This document shows, one piece after another, positions 34,401 through 44,128 of a stretch of DNA of 64,000 nt (positions within the stretch are counted from its first letter, which is position 1; each line of letters starts with the position of its first letter). Source of the DNA: an uncultured Pseudomonadales bacterium (lineage in GTDB: Bacteria; Pseudomonadota; Gammaproteobacteria; Pseudomonadales; Azotimanducaceae); assembly GCA_964393625.1 (NCBI GenBank), contig CAYMUT010000018.1, positions 33,564 through 97,563 on the forward strand, written 5' to 3'. Made by a program: the position numbers and the translations under genes. The notes under the pieces were generated by a model. That model was not told the DNA's origin and ran no database searches. It saw only the letters and a list, made by a program, of their open reading frames with translations.

Positions 34401-35388
34401 GATTTTCCTCCAGGAATTTTCTGGTCAGCCGCGCCAGGCGGTCGGGTTCGTCGTAGTGGACCATGTGCCCGGAATGCTCGAACCAGTGGTGTTGCGCATT
34501 GGGGAACAGGTTTATGCGTTGTTCCATCTCGCCTTCGGCGAAACGGCCGGTGAATGTTTCGTCGCCCATTTCGCGGCCCCAGTATTCATGGGAAAGCGTG
34601 CCGCTGACGATACAGGCAGGGGCGCGTACCTGGCGCCAGAAACGCATATTGTCCGTGGTGGAAGTGCCGAGAAATACGCTGTTGGCACGAGGGTCGAATG
34701 CCCAGAGCAGGCCATCCATCGACTCATTTACCAGGTGCGCGGCAAACTCCACGGCTGCACTTGCGTCGAGGCGCGGATTGTTGCGGCACAGCCGGTTGAC
34801 CACCTCATCTATGTCGGCGATGGGTTTGCCGGGCCCGTCGCGGGCGATGGCCCGTGTCAGCAGCATGTTGCGATAGGCCTGCAATTCCGCGACATCATCG
34901 CCTTCGTGTGGTCGGCGTGGCGGGCCCAGTCCTTCAACGATGACAAGCGCGGTAACAAGTTCGTGAAACAGTGCCGCATATTTCGTGACGATGTGTCCGC
35001 CCAGGCTGTGACCGAACAGGGCGCAGCCCTGGGGCGCCAAGGTGTTGATCACAGCATGCAGGTCGAGTAGAAAGTCGGACATGCTGTAGGCAGCGCTGTG
35101 GTTGCTGGCGCCATGACCACGCAATTCGCAGATCAACACGCGGAAAGGGTGCGCTGGGTGTTCAGCAAGATGCCCGGCCACCGGCAACAATGACCAGGCA
35201 GTATCGCGCAGACCATGCAGCATGACCACACACGGTGCATCTGCGGGTCCCAGTTCCAGTATGCTCAGTTCAATGCCGTTGCCGGCGACCCGGTGCTGAA
35301 TGGGCGCCTCAGCCGGTGACACGCTTGAACTCTGGCGGGCGTTTCTCGATGAAGGAGCGTACCCCTTCGCGGAAATCTTCCCGTTCAA
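34393..35388 (-). CDS. alpha/beta hydrolase
   Basis: HG oxyanion motif VVMLHGLRD and nucleophile elbow GHSLGG. The ATG at 35388 overlaps the upstream gene by 80 nt. GTG 35322 is an alternative start with a 14-nt overlap. Confidence 0.8.
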   Translation of the reverse strand: MNGKISAKGYAPSSRNARQSSSVSPAEAPIQHRVAGNGIELSILELGPADAPCVVMLHGLRDTAWSLLPVAGHLAEHPAHPFRVLICELRGHGASNHSAAYSMSDFLLDLHAVINTLAPQGCALFGHSLGGHIVTKYAALFHELVTALVIVEGLGPPRRPHEGDDVAELQAYRNMLLTRAIARDGPGKPIADIDEVVNRLCRNNPRLDASAAVEFAAHLVNESMDGLLWAFDPRANSVFLGTSTTDNMRFWRQVRAPACIVSGTLSHEYWGREMGDETFTGRFAEGEMEQRINLFPNAQHHWFEHSGHMVHYDEPDRLARLTRKFLEENHV

Positions 35389-36169
35389 GACTCTGGGCCA
35401 TCCAGGTATTTGTTTCCTGCATGGATTCGCCGAGCTGCATATTCAGGTGACGGTAGACCTGTGCCTTCATAACCCGCAGGGAAGTCGGCGAGGATCCTGC
35501 GGCAAGTTGAGCAACGTACTGTTTTGCGGTGCTGAGTGCTTCACCGGTTTCAACGAGGCGTTCTGCCAGCCCTAAACGATGCGCCTCTTCACCGTCGAAT
35601 TTGCGCGCGCTCCACAGTAGATCCAGTGCATTGCCGGAGCCAACCAGACGAGGAAGCGTCCAGCTGATACCGTGCTCGGCGATCAGACCCCGCTGTGCAA
35701 ATGCGGTGCTGAATTTTGCCTGACGCTCAACGATGCGTAGATCGCTCAGGGTGGCGATGGCCATGCCGAGACCGGCGCAGGCGCCGTTTATGGCGGCGAT
35801 GATGGGTTTGCGAACCGAGCACAGGTAGCTGAACGTCACTTGGAAATTGCCACCGAGTTCAGGGTCTCCGGGACTTGCCTCCAGTGCGCTCAGGTCATCT
35901 CTGGCGCCGCTGCCGCTACTGAGATTGTCCAGCGCGTTCATGTCCATGCCCGGGCAGAAGCCGCGCCCGGCGCCGGTAAGAATGATGCCCACCACCCGTT
36001 TGTCCTGTTCTGCTGCTGCTAGAGCGTGGCGTATTTCGGCAAGCATGCGGTTGGTGAAGGCGTTGAGTGCCTCAGGGCGGTTCATGGTGATGATGGCCAC
36101 CGGGTCTTCCACGTCGTAGATGATGTCCTGGTAGTCAGATGCGGTGTCCGTCATGACGTCTCCCCTCAC
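35309..36169 (-). CDS. enoyl-CoA hydratase/isomerase family protein
   Basis: Crotonase fold motifs: ITMNRPEALNAF, LTGAGRGFCPGMD, PIIAAINGACAGLG. Confidence 0.85.
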   Translation of the reverse strand: MRGDVMTDTASDYQDIIYDVEDPVAIITMNRPEALNAFTNRMLAEIRHALAAAEQDKRVVGIILTGAGRGFCPGMDMNALDNLSSGSGARDDLSALEASPGDPELGGNFQVTFSYLCSVRKPIIAAINGACAGLGMAIATLSDLRIVERQAKFSTAFAQRGLIAEHGISWTLPRLVGSGNALDLLWSARKFDGEEAHRLGLAERLVETGEALSTAKQYVAQLAAGSSPTSLRVMKAQVYRHLNMQLGESMQETNTWMAQSLEREDFREGVRSFIEKRPPEFKRVTG

Positions 36170-36435
36170 GATTAGTCAGCAAGTTAAGCGTACCGGGCGA
36201 ATGTTTGGGGGTAAAGCGCGTAACATGGGGCCAGCTTCAGTATTCATCGATGAGCTGTTGTGGGCGGAAATCCGGGTATTGGTTTGAGCGTGCTGGCGGG
36301 TATTGTCCTGCCGCTCTGGGAAGCGGGGCAGGGGCGTGTTGTAGCGAACGAGTCACTGTTGGTGCTGGATGACGATCCCGGTTTCGGCCGCATGCTGATT
36401 GGCGATTTTTCATCAACCCGGGCAGCGCTGGCCCT

Positions 36436-37398
36436 CTACGGGGAGTGACGCCCCCCGGATAATGCTGTCTGGCGGAAGTCGCTGGGTGTCACGCCGGCCT
36501 GACGCGTGAAGAACCGTGAGAAGTAGGCGGGATCGGCAAATCCTAATTCGGCGGCAATCGTGCTTACCGCGCTGGTGGTATAGATAAGGCGCCACTTGGC
36601 TTCTTCGATCTGCTTGGCGTGCACCAGGGTTTTCGGCGATTCGCCGGAAATGTGCCGGCAGATGGATGCCAGCCTGCTGCCGGTTACATTCAGCTGCCCG
36701 GCGTATTGCGCCAATGGCCAGTGCTCGGCGTGATGCGCTTCGATGAGTTGATTGAACTGCTGGAATATCTGCAACTCGATTTCGCGAAGTGGCTCGCCCC
36801 GTTCCGGGAGTTGCGCCAGTCGGAATACACAGATCAGCGCTGCCTGGGTCAGCGCGGGCACAGTGTGTTTGCGGCCGGGTCTGGCGGCAAAGAATTCGTC
36901 TGCCAGCAGCTGTATCAATACGGCCAGCCGTTGCGCATCTGCGGCCAGTTCGCGGTTGACCCTGGCCAGTTCCACATATGCAGGGGTGGTGAAGGTATGC
37001 GCAACTACCGCGGCGTCCGAACCGGTAGAAAGGCGATGTATCACATCCTGCCGGATCGTAAGTAACAGGCCGGTGACCGACTCGTCGAGAACGAAGGCGT
37101 GGGGTACCGCCGCAGGCGTAAAGAAGAACAGCGGTGCCTTGCCAGCAAAGGATTGATCACCCAGCTGAACCTGGGCACTACCCGTCTGTAGATAGTGGAC
37201 CTGATAGTAGCGGTCGTGCCGGTGCGGATGCATCTCCCGTCCGAAGAACTCAGACAGATTGTGCAAGGTGTCGACGTGAATGTCGGCATCTTCATAACGC
37301 TTATCGTACGATTTCCCCAGGTCTATGTTGGGGATTGCCCGCTGATGGTCTGGGTGGGTCAAGAACCTCTCCGCATTGCTGTGCTCGAAAAAGTACAA
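36436..37398 (-). CDS. AraC family transcriptional regulator
   Basis: Cupin-like N-terminal domain and a C-terminal double HTH (IAAELGFADPAYFSRFFTRQAGVTPSDFR). Lies 58 nt downstream of the P450 on the same strand. Confidence 0.85.
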   Translation of the reverse strand: MYFFEHSNAERFLTHPDHQRAIPNIDLGKSYDKRYEDADIHVDTLHNLSEFFGREMHPHRHDRYYQVHYLQTGSAQVQLGDQSFAGKAPLFFFTPAAVPHAFVLDESVTGLLLTIRQDVIHRLSTGSDAAVVAHTFTTPAYVELARVNRELAADAQRLAVLIQLLADEFFAARPGRKHTVPALTQAALICVFRLAQLPERGEPLREIELQIFQQFNQLIEAHHAEHWPLAQYAGQLNVTGSRLASICRHISGESPKTLVHAKQIEEAKWRLIYTTSAVSTIAAELGFADPAYFSRFFTRQAGVTPSDFRQTALSGGRHSP

Positions 37399-37456
37399 GG
37401 CAACGCAGGGTGTGTCCAGGGCCAGGGATGTTCCCTGATCGAGGTTCAGGGTGTGG

Positions 37457-38737
37457 TTATTTGCGTTTCACGCGCACAGGTAACGAATTGTAGCCTTTGA
37501 CGAACACACTCCGGGAAAGTTCGGGTTCACCCAGCACTTCGATGTCTTCGAAGCGATCGAGGATCTCTTCCCAGAGAACACGCAACTGCATTTCCGCCAG
37601 GCGATTACCCATGCAGCGATGAATACCGTAACCGAACGAAACGTGCTGGCGTGCGTTTTTCCTTTCGATATCGAGGCTGTGCGGGTCTTCGAATACGGTT
37701 TCGTCCCGGTTGCCCGATACGTACCACATCACGACCTTGTCGCCCTTGGCGATAGTTCTGCCGCCTAACTCTATGTCTTGGTTGGCGACCCGGCGCATAT
37801 GGGCCAGGGGCGTCTGCCAGCGGATCACTTCGGCCACCATATTGGGAATGAGGGCTGAGTCGGCTTTGAGTTTGGCGAACTGCTCAGGGAATTTGTTGAG
37901 CGAATAGACGCTGCCGCTCATGGTGTTGCGGGTGGTGTCGTTGCCACCCACGATCAGCAGGATCAGGTTACCCAGGAATTCGAAGGGTCGAGAGGGCAGA
38001 TCCCAGGTATCCGGGTGATGGGCCATCATCGAGATGAGGTCGAAATCGGCGGGTTTGTTGGCGCGGTCTTTCCACAGTTCTCCGAACGCTTCGAGGCACT
38101 GCAGCAGATCGGCCCGGGACGCGTCCTGGGCTTCCTGGGTGAAGTCGGTGTAAACGCCGCCGGTTGCGACGTCCGACCAGTAGGTGAGTTTGCGACGGTC
38201 TTCGAATGGAAAGCCGAACAGCGTGGCCAGCATGCGCGTGGTCAGCTCTATAGATACGTTTTCGACCCAGTTGAATTCCTCATCGTGGGGCAGACTGTCG
38301 AGCACGTCGATGGTTCGTTCCCGGATCAGGCTTTCGAAATTGACCAGGTTTCTCGGCGCTACCACGGGCTGCACGACCTTGCGCTGATCATCGTGCTTGG
38401 GCTGATCCATGGCGATGAACATGGGCATGGTGAAGTCGTCATCGGGTTCGTCGATGGTGATGGCCGGCTGTGAACTGAACAGCTTGTGTGCCTGATCGAC
38501 TTGTTTGATTTCTTTGAAGGTTGTGACCGACCAGTACGGGCCGAAGGCGCTTTGTGGTGTGTAGTGCACAGGCGCTTCTTTGCGCAACCGCTCAAAAAAC
38601 GCCCAGTGATCGCCGCGCTGGAAATATTGCGGCCGCGCCGGATCGATGAGTTCCAGGGGCGTTTCCCAGGGATCCTGCTCGGGGAGTTCCATGGGATTGA
38701 TGCGGTTGAATGTACTGGTTTCTACAGGTTCACTCAT
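37457..38737 (-). CDS. cytochrome P450, CYP153-like (terminal/alkane hydroxylase family)
   Basis: Heme loop FGYGIHRCMGNRLAE. I-helix LLIVGGNDTTRN. Also GPYWSVTTFKEI, PMFIAMDQPKHDDQRK, IRWQTPLAHMRR and VVMWYVSGNRD, which match my memory of CYP153A sequences. Confidence 0.85.
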   Translation of the reverse strand: MSEPVETSTFNRINPMELPEQDPWETPLELIDPARPQYFQRGDHWAFFERLRKEAPVHYTPQSAFGPYWSVTTFKEIKQVDQAHKLFSSQPAITIDEPDDDFTMPMFIAMDQPKHDDQRKVVQPVVAPRNLVNFESLIRERTIDVLDSLPHDEEFNWVENVSIELTTRMLATLFGFPFEDRRKLTYWSDVATGGVYTDFTQEAQDASRADLLQCLEAFGELWKDRANKPADFDLISMMAHHPDTWDLPSRPFEFLGNLILLIVGGNDTTRNTMSGSVYSLNKFPEQFAKLKADSALIPNMVAEVIRWQTPLAHMRRVANQDIELGGRTIAKGDKVVMWYVSGNRDETVFEDPHSLDIERKNARQHVSFGYGIHRCMGNRLAEMQLRVLWEEILDRFEDIEVLGEPELSRSVFVKGYNSLPVRVKRK

Positions 38738-38846
38738 GGTCGCCGAGCTCCGGCAAGAAAGTACCCGGCCATACTAAATTATTCAGTTTAGATTGCAATG
38801 ATGCTACTGTGCCGACGTTGTTGGGAGTTGTAGAAAGGGCAGTAAT

Positions 38847-39458
38847 TTGTCTTTAGAGGAGTTCCGAATTCAGCGGGAACGCTCGAAACGGGCGTCAATC
38901 ATCCATGGTGCCCGCAAGCTGTTTTCCCAAAACGGATTTCATGAGGTGACCACTGTCGCATTAGCCGCAGAGGGCGGCGTGTCCACGGCTACCCTATACC
39001 GCTACTTCGACGACAAAGAAACGCTGTTCAACGCCGTGATCGATGAATTCGTCGATCAGATCAGCACCGCACTGGACGCCTCGGCGCAACGCAACGAAGA
39101 CCGGCTGGGCGCGCTGTGCGTGGCTTACGCCAACCTCTTTTCCAACCCGGAATTCATCGGCCTCCTGCGCGTGATCATTGCTGATGCCGGGGAAAGTGCC
39201 GGCTTTGGCGCAAAACTGGAAGAGCAGGGGCACGCCCTGTTTTTCTCGGCCATAGATGCCGAAGTCAGGGGGTTGCTTGGTGGCCAGCCGAGCGAGGAAA
39301 CCATTGCGCAGGCAAGTTCTGAATTATGCGCGGTGATCGAACACCACACCCTGGTTCCGCATCTGCTGTTCTGCGAGTCGACTGACGCCCACGAAGTGAA
39401 GGCCATGGTAGAGCGTACCCTGGCCAACTGGCGCAGACACTGGCGGGTGACCTGGTGA
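38847..39458 (+). CDS. TetR family transcriptional regulator
   Basis: N-terminal HTH: ARKLFSQNGFHEVTTVALAAEGGVSTATLYRYFDDKETLF. Divergent from the P450. TTG start. Confidence 0.8.
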   Translation: MSLEEFRIQRERSKRASIIHGARKLFSQNGFHEVTTVALAAEGGVSTATLYRYFDDKETLFNAVIDEFVDQISTALDASAQRNEDRLGALCVAYANLFSNPEFIGLLRVIIADAGESAGFGAKLEEQGHALFFSAIDAEVRGLLGGQPSEETIAQASSELCAVIEHHTLVPHLLFCESTDAHEVKAMVERTLANWRRHWRVTW

Positions 39459-39478
39459 GCTGTTTCGTATAAGAGGCC

Positions 39479-40150
39479 CTAATTCAGCGCGATACGCTCG
39501 CCAAACTTATCTTCAAACACCAGCTTTTCCGGTGGTCTGCGTGAAATCGGGCCGTGCCCTTTGCTGCGCGGGTATCCAATGGCGACTACGCCGCAGGTAT
39601 GCCAGTCATCCGGGATGTCCAGCAGTGTCTTCATTGCACTTTCTTCATAACACAGCAGCGTGGTCAGCGTGCAGCCGACGCCTTCGTTGACGCAGGCGAG
39701 CATGAGGTTCTCGACCGCGGGATAAACCGAGCCGCCCCCGACCACAGACGGGCGACCCAGGTCGGCGTCGGTAATCGCCATGATATCGGGGTTGAAGCAC
39801 ACCACCAGCAGTACCGGTGCGGTGCCCATGTTTTCGCCTAGATAGTCTGCAGCCGCAAGCATGCGCTCCTGCTTGGCCCGGGCTTCGCCTTCCAGGCGCT
39901 CGAGGCCACGTCTGTTTGCTGCACCGTATTTTTCCCATTGTGGCTTGTACAGCTCACCGATCTGCTGACGCAGTTGCGCATCGCGCACTGCGACTATGCG
40001 CCATGGCTGCACATTACCGCCGCTCGGGGCCCATGCGGCGGCCTGCAGAATGCGTTTGAGTACGTCATTGGATATCGGATCAGGCTTCAGACGGCGCACC
40101 GCGCGAAGGTTGCTCATGGCGTCATACAGAGCAATAGATTCGGTGGTCAT
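39479..40150 (-). CDS. nitroreductase family protein (paralog B)
   Basis: LRAVRRLKPDPISNDVLKRILQAAAWAPSGGNVQPWRIV. Colinear with paralog A through to the C-terminal GHGPISRR motif. Confidence 0.8.
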   Translation of the reverse strand: MTTESIALYDAMSNLRAVRRLKPDPISNDVLKRILQAAAWAPSGGNVQPWRIVAVRDAQLRQQIGELYKPQWEKYGAANRRGLERLEGEARAKQERMLAAADYLGENMGTAPVLLVVCFNPDIMAITDADLGRPSVVGGGSVYPAVENLMLACVNEGVGCTLTTLLCYEESAMKTLLDIPDDWHTCGVVAIGYPRSKGHGPISRRPPEKLVFEDKFGERIALN

Positions 40151-40236
40151 GGCGTTGTTCCTGCTAAAATTTGACTTTGACTATAAAAACCGTTCGAATA
40201 AATGAATTCAAGTATTTTTTCTTGTTTCGCGTTCAG

Positions 40237-40917
40237 ATGCAGAAAATAGTGAATATCCCGCAAACCGACAATAGTGACACTGGTTCCGAGCGCCCGACAG
40301 GCAAGCTCGCCCGTACCCGTAACAAGCTGGTGCGGGCGGTGCGCGAAGAGATTGCCGAGCATGGGGGATTCAGTGCCGAACGCGTAGCGCTGCGCGCGGG
40401 CACCTCGACGCCCACTTTCTACAATCATTTTGCAACTAAAGATGATGCTCTGGCTGCCGCGTACGAACAGATGATGCTCGGAGTGGTGGAGCTGGCGCAG
40501 AGAAAATGTCAGATCGAGCGCTTGCTTGATGAGGGGCTGCAGACACTGGTAGCCGACTGGGTGCTCATGACCGGCGCCTTTTTCCGCGAGAACGTCAGAT
40601 TGAGTCGACTGGCCCAGGCTGCCATCGACCGCTCCAAAACCATGCGGGATCTGTTCCGTGATCATGAAGCCCGGACCATAGAAGTTTATCGCCGGTTCAT
40701 CGAACTGGGGCAGGCGGCATGCGCCATCCGTCAGGGTAATCCGGACGCCATGGCCAGGGTGCTTACCATCACCGCACAGTCCTGGCACCACCAACTCGTG
40801 CAGAACGTAGAAGCGGGCGATGACCTGCATCGTGAACTCACCGGCATGATCGTCGGCATGTTGCAGCCGTCTGTCGACATGCCCCATCAGCTGAAGCTTG
40901 AGGAGAACCACACATGA
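40237..40917 (+). CDS. TetR family transcriptional regulator
   Basis: HTH: VREEIAEHGGFSAERVALRAGTSTPTFYNHFATKDD. Internal ATG 40237 preferred. Its stop overlaps the next gene (ATGA). Confidence 0.8.
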   Translation: MQKIVNIPQTDNSDTGSERPTGKLARTRNKLVRAVREEIAEHGGFSAERVALRAGTSTPTFYNHFATKDDALAAAYEQMMLGVVELAQRKCQIERLLDEGLQTLVADWVLMTGAFFRENVRLSRLAQAAIDRSKTMRDLFRDHEARTIEVYRRFIELGQAACAIRQGNPDAMARVLTITAQSWHHQLVQNVEAGDDLHRELTGMIVGMLQPSVDMPHQLKLEENHT

Positions 40918-42071
40918 CTGACAGTGAACTGATTGATGCCGCAGAGCGGCTCAGGCGCGTCTGCTATGAAGCGGCTGACGAGATTGAAACACAACGTCGC
41001 GTACCGGCAGAAATCTCTGCCCAGATCGCTGCTGCAGGGTTTTATGGGATGGGCATACCAGCCTCGGTGGGCGGTCTGGAAACACCCCCGGCGGTTAGCA
41101 GCAAAGTGATAGAGACCCTGGCCCGGGGTGACGCTTCGTGCGCCTGGGTGGTGTTTATCGGTGTGACCAGCGGTACTGCGTTGGCCATGGTTCCGGGAGC
41201 ATCGGCGCGGGCCATCTATACAAGTCCACAGGTGATGCTGACCGGGGTGTTTGCCCCTTCCGGGCGCGCTGACAAGGTAGACGGCGGTTTCCGTGTTTCG
41301 GGTCAGTGGCAGTGGGGTTCCGGCAGTCAAAATGCGGACTGGGTACTTGGCGGCTGCATGTTCTACGACAATGGAGCGCCTTTGCTCGATGAGCGCGGTA
41401 ATCAGCGCACCCATATGGTGATCATGCCGGCCGGTGAGGTCGAGTTCCTCGATACCTGGCATGTCTCCGGGTTGTGCGGAACCGGCAGCCTGGACTATCG
41501 GGTCAACGACGTGTTCGTACCCGATGAGCGCGTGTCGGGTTATATGATCGACCGCGAGACGCTGCGGCAGCCGCTTTATGCGTTTCCTCAATTTACCTTT
41601 CTGGCGCTGGGTATCGGCGCAGTCTGCATGGGTATCGCACGGGCCGCCATCGACGAGCTGATAGACGTCGCGGTGACCAAGAAGCGGGCGGGCAACAGCG
41701 CGACCATCGCCAGTAAGTCGACCTCGCAGACCAAACTCGCCCAGGCCGAAGCAGACCTGCGCAGTGCGCGGGTGTTTTATTACCATACCTTGGAGCAGGC
41801 ATGGGAAGTTGCCCGCAGCGGCGGTAAAGTCAGTCTGGATGTGCGCCGTGACCTGCGTCTGGCTACTACCAATGCGGTGATGAAAAGCGCGGGCGTGGTG
41901 GATGAAATGTACAACCTTGCCGGTGGCACATCGGTCTACCGCCGCTCGCGCCTGCAACGCCATTTCAGAGATGTGCATGTGGCGACCCAGCACATCATGG
42001 TGGCGCCGCAGACGCTCGAGGTGCTGGGTTCGATGTACTTCGGCAATGACGCAAAGTCGGCAATGATCTGA
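40914..42071 (+). CDS. acyl-CoA dehydrogenase family protein
   Basis: 385 aa with ACAD-like N, middle and C domain pattern (WGSGSQNADW, RHFRDVHVATQH). Confidence 0.75.
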   Translation: MTDSELIDAAERLRRVCYEAADEIETQRRVPAEISAQIAAAGFYGMGIPASVGGLETPPAVSSKVIETLARGDASCAWVVFIGVTSGTALAMVPGASARAIYTSPQVMLTGVFAPSGRADKVDGGFRVSGQWQWGSGSQNADWVLGGCMFYDNGAPLLDERGNQRTHMVIMPAGEVEFLDTWHVSGLCGTGSLDYRVNDVFVPDERVSGYMIDRETLRQPLYAFPQFTFLALGIGAVCMGIARAAIDELIDVAVTKKRAGNSATIASKSTSQTKLAQAEADLRSARVFYYHTLEQAWEVARSGGKVSLDVRRDLRLATTNAVMKSAGVVDEMYNLAGGTSVYRRSRLQRHFRDVHVATQHIMVAPQTLEVLGSMYFGNDAKSAMI

Positions 42072-42106
42072 TTGTTACCTGTCCCTGACCTTGAGAGGAG
42101 CCATTT

Positions 42107-42919
42107 ATGACCCAGCAATTCAATATCGAAGACGTGGCCTACACCCGCTTCACCTTCGAACGGTCAGGCCGGGTGCTGACCGCCGCCATTACTTCGGATC
42201 ACCCGGTAAACGGCGTTGACGAGCCCATGCACGATGAGCTGGCCAGGGTGTTCAACGATCTGCAGCGGGACTCCGACAGCGACATCATCATTCTCACGGG
42301 TAAAGGCCGGGCCTTCTGCGCGGGGGGCGATTTCGACTGGTTCGACGAGCAGATCAATGACCCTGCCAATTTCCGGGCAATCGCCTGGGACGCCAAACGC
42401 ATTGTGTTGAGTCTGCTGGAAATGGAAAAACCCATTATCTGCCGTCTGAACGGTGCGGCGGCGGGCCTGGGCGCCACCATTGCATTGCTGTGCGATGTGA
42501 TCATCGCCGATGACAAAGCGGTCATAGGCGATCCGCACGTCAAGGTGGGGCTTGTTGCCGGCGATGGTGGTGCGCTGATATGGCCGCAGCTGATCGGCTA
42601 CGCGAGAGCCAAAGAACTGCTCATGACCGGCGACATTCTGAGCGCGGCGCAAGCCCAGGAACTGGGCCTGATCAATTACGCAGTGCCCACCGGGCAGCTC
42701 GATGACAAAGTGGGCGAGCTTGTTGCCAAACTGCAGGGCAATCCCCGCTGGGCGGTGCGCTGGACCAAGACGGTGACAAATATTCCTCTGCGGGCGCTGG
42801 CCGCTCAGATCATGGATGCATCTATAGGATGGGAGAGCGTTTCCAACTTCCACGAAGATCGTAAGGAAGCGGTAGCCGCCATGCGCGAGAAACGTGCGCC
42901 GAAGCTGACCGGCGAATGA
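42107..42919 (+). CDS. enoyl-CoA hydratase/isomerase family protein
   Basis: LTGKGRAFCAGGD, PIICRLNGAAAGLGATIALLCD. GAGAGGAG Shine-Dalgarno upstream. Confidence 0.85.
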   Translation: MTQQFNIEDVAYTRFTFERSGRVLTAAITSDHPVNGVDEPMHDELARVFNDLQRDSDSDIIILTGKGRAFCAGGDFDWFDEQINDPANFRAIAWDAKRIVLSLLEMEKPIICRLNGAAAGLGATIALLCDVIIADDKAVIGDPHVKVGLVAGDGGALIWPQLIGYARAKELLMTGDILSAAQAQELGLINYAVPTGQLDDKVGELVAKLQGNPRWAVRWTKTVTNIPLRALAAQIMDASIGWESVSNFHEDRKEAVAAMREKRAPKLTGE

Positions 42920-42926
42920 GGCTGGC

Positions 42927-44105
42927 ATGATGAACGGAGCATCCTTCGCGCCGGAAGACCCACACATTACTCAGATCAGATCACAGCTGCAGCGTTTGGT
43001 GGCGCAACATGCGCCCCGGGAAAAACGCCGCGAGTGGGATCAGCAGCACACCTGGCCCCGGGATCTGTTCCGGCAGATCGCCGACATGGGATTGATCGGG
43101 TTGACCATCCCGGAAGAGTTTGGTGGCGCCGGTCAGGATCTGCTGGCGGCAGTAGCGGTGATCGAAGAACTGGTGCAGGGGAGCATGTCGCTTGCCGGAC
43201 CATATATACACGCGGCCTTCTATGGCGGCATGAACCTGTCGGAAAATGGATCGCAGCAGCAGAAAGAGGCGCTGCTGCCGAAAATAGCCCGAGGTGAGTT
43301 ACTGCTCGCTTATGGTCTGTCGGAGCCCAACATCGGTGGCGATCTCGCCAGCGTGGAAACCCGTGCGGAACGGCTGGGCGATGAGATTGTGATCAATGGC
43401 GCCAAGCGCTGGTGTACAGGTGCCGACTGGGCGGATTATATCTACTGTCTGGTGCGCAGTGGCGCGCCGGAGGAACGCTACCGGAACTTATCCATGGTGC
43501 TGATCCCGACGGACGCCCCGGGTATCACCATGCAGCCCATTGAGCATGTGAACCTGCGCTATACCACCTCGATGGATGTCTATTTTGACGATGTTCGACT
43601 TGGCGAGGACGCCATCGTCGGCGGCCCTGACATGTGGAATAAGGGCTGGAAGCTGCTCGCCGGTCGAGCGCTGGACGTGGAAAAGATTGAAATCACCGCG
43701 GCGGCCTACGGAGCGGCGCGGGCCGCCGTGGACGATGCCTGGCGCTACGCCGAGGAGCGCACACAGTTCGGCAAACCCATCGCCCAGCATCAGGCTATCC
43801 GTCACAAGCTGGTCACCGCTAAAACCAAACTGCAGGCGGCGCGGCACATGCTGTATCACGGTGCCTGGCTGGCAAATGAAGGGCTGCCCTGTTCGGTGGA
43901 GACTTCCATGGCGAAATTGTTCGTTGCCGATGTCGGCGTGGAGATCGCATTGGCGTGCCAGCAGATCATGGGCGCCTATGCGCTGTCGGATGCCTACGAC
44001 ATCGAGCGCAATGTCAGAGATTTACTGGGCATGCCGATTGTGGGCGGCTCGTCCGACATGCAAAAGAACAACCTTGCGAGTATGCTCAAGCTTGGTAATC
44101 CATAG
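42927..44105 (+). CDS. acyl-CoA dehydrogenase
   Basis: LAYGLSEPNIGGDLASV, RWCTGADWADY, QFGKPIAQHQAIRHKL and a C-terminal IVGGSSDMQKN-type motif. Confidence 0.85.
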   Translation: MMNGASFAPEDPHITQIRSQLQRLVAQHAPREKRREWDQQHTWPRDLFRQIADMGLIGLTIPEEFGGAGQDLLAAVAVIEELVQGSMSLAGPYIHAAFYGGMNLSENGSQQQKEALLPKIARGELLLAYGLSEPNIGGDLASVETRAERLGDEIVINGAKRWCTGADWADYIYCLVRSGAPEERYRNLSMVLIPTDAPGITMQPIEHVNLRYTTSMDVYFDDVRLGEDAIVGGPDMWNKGWKLLAGRALDVEKIEITAAAYGAARAAVDDAWRYAEERTQFGKPIAQHQAIRHKLVTAKTKLQAARHMLYHGAWLANEGLPCSVETSMAKLFVADVGVEIALACQQIMGAYALSDAYDIERNVRDLLGMPIVGGSSDMQKNNLASMLKLGNP

Positions 44106-44128
44106 GATGGCTGGGCAGGGGGCTATAA

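Noticed and set aside
36170-36435. A possible small gene (62-aa + ORF at 36260-36448) or a structured RNA in the 266-nt gap between the AraC gene and the hydratase operon. It includes an imperfect hairpin around CTGCCGCTCTGGGAAGCGGGGCAG.
   Set aside because: The ORF has no Shine-Dalgarno or motifs and runs into the AraC 3' end. The hairpin is imperfect and lacks a U-tract on either strand. The gap most likely holds just the promoter region of the hydratase operon.
40887-41993. A 368-aa minus-strand ORF. Similar cases are 42164-42967, 44135-44887, 15012-15929 and 30086-30862.
   Set aside because: All are antisense to genes with clear family motifs (ACAD, ECH, ccmF, TBDR). They are shadow ORFs.
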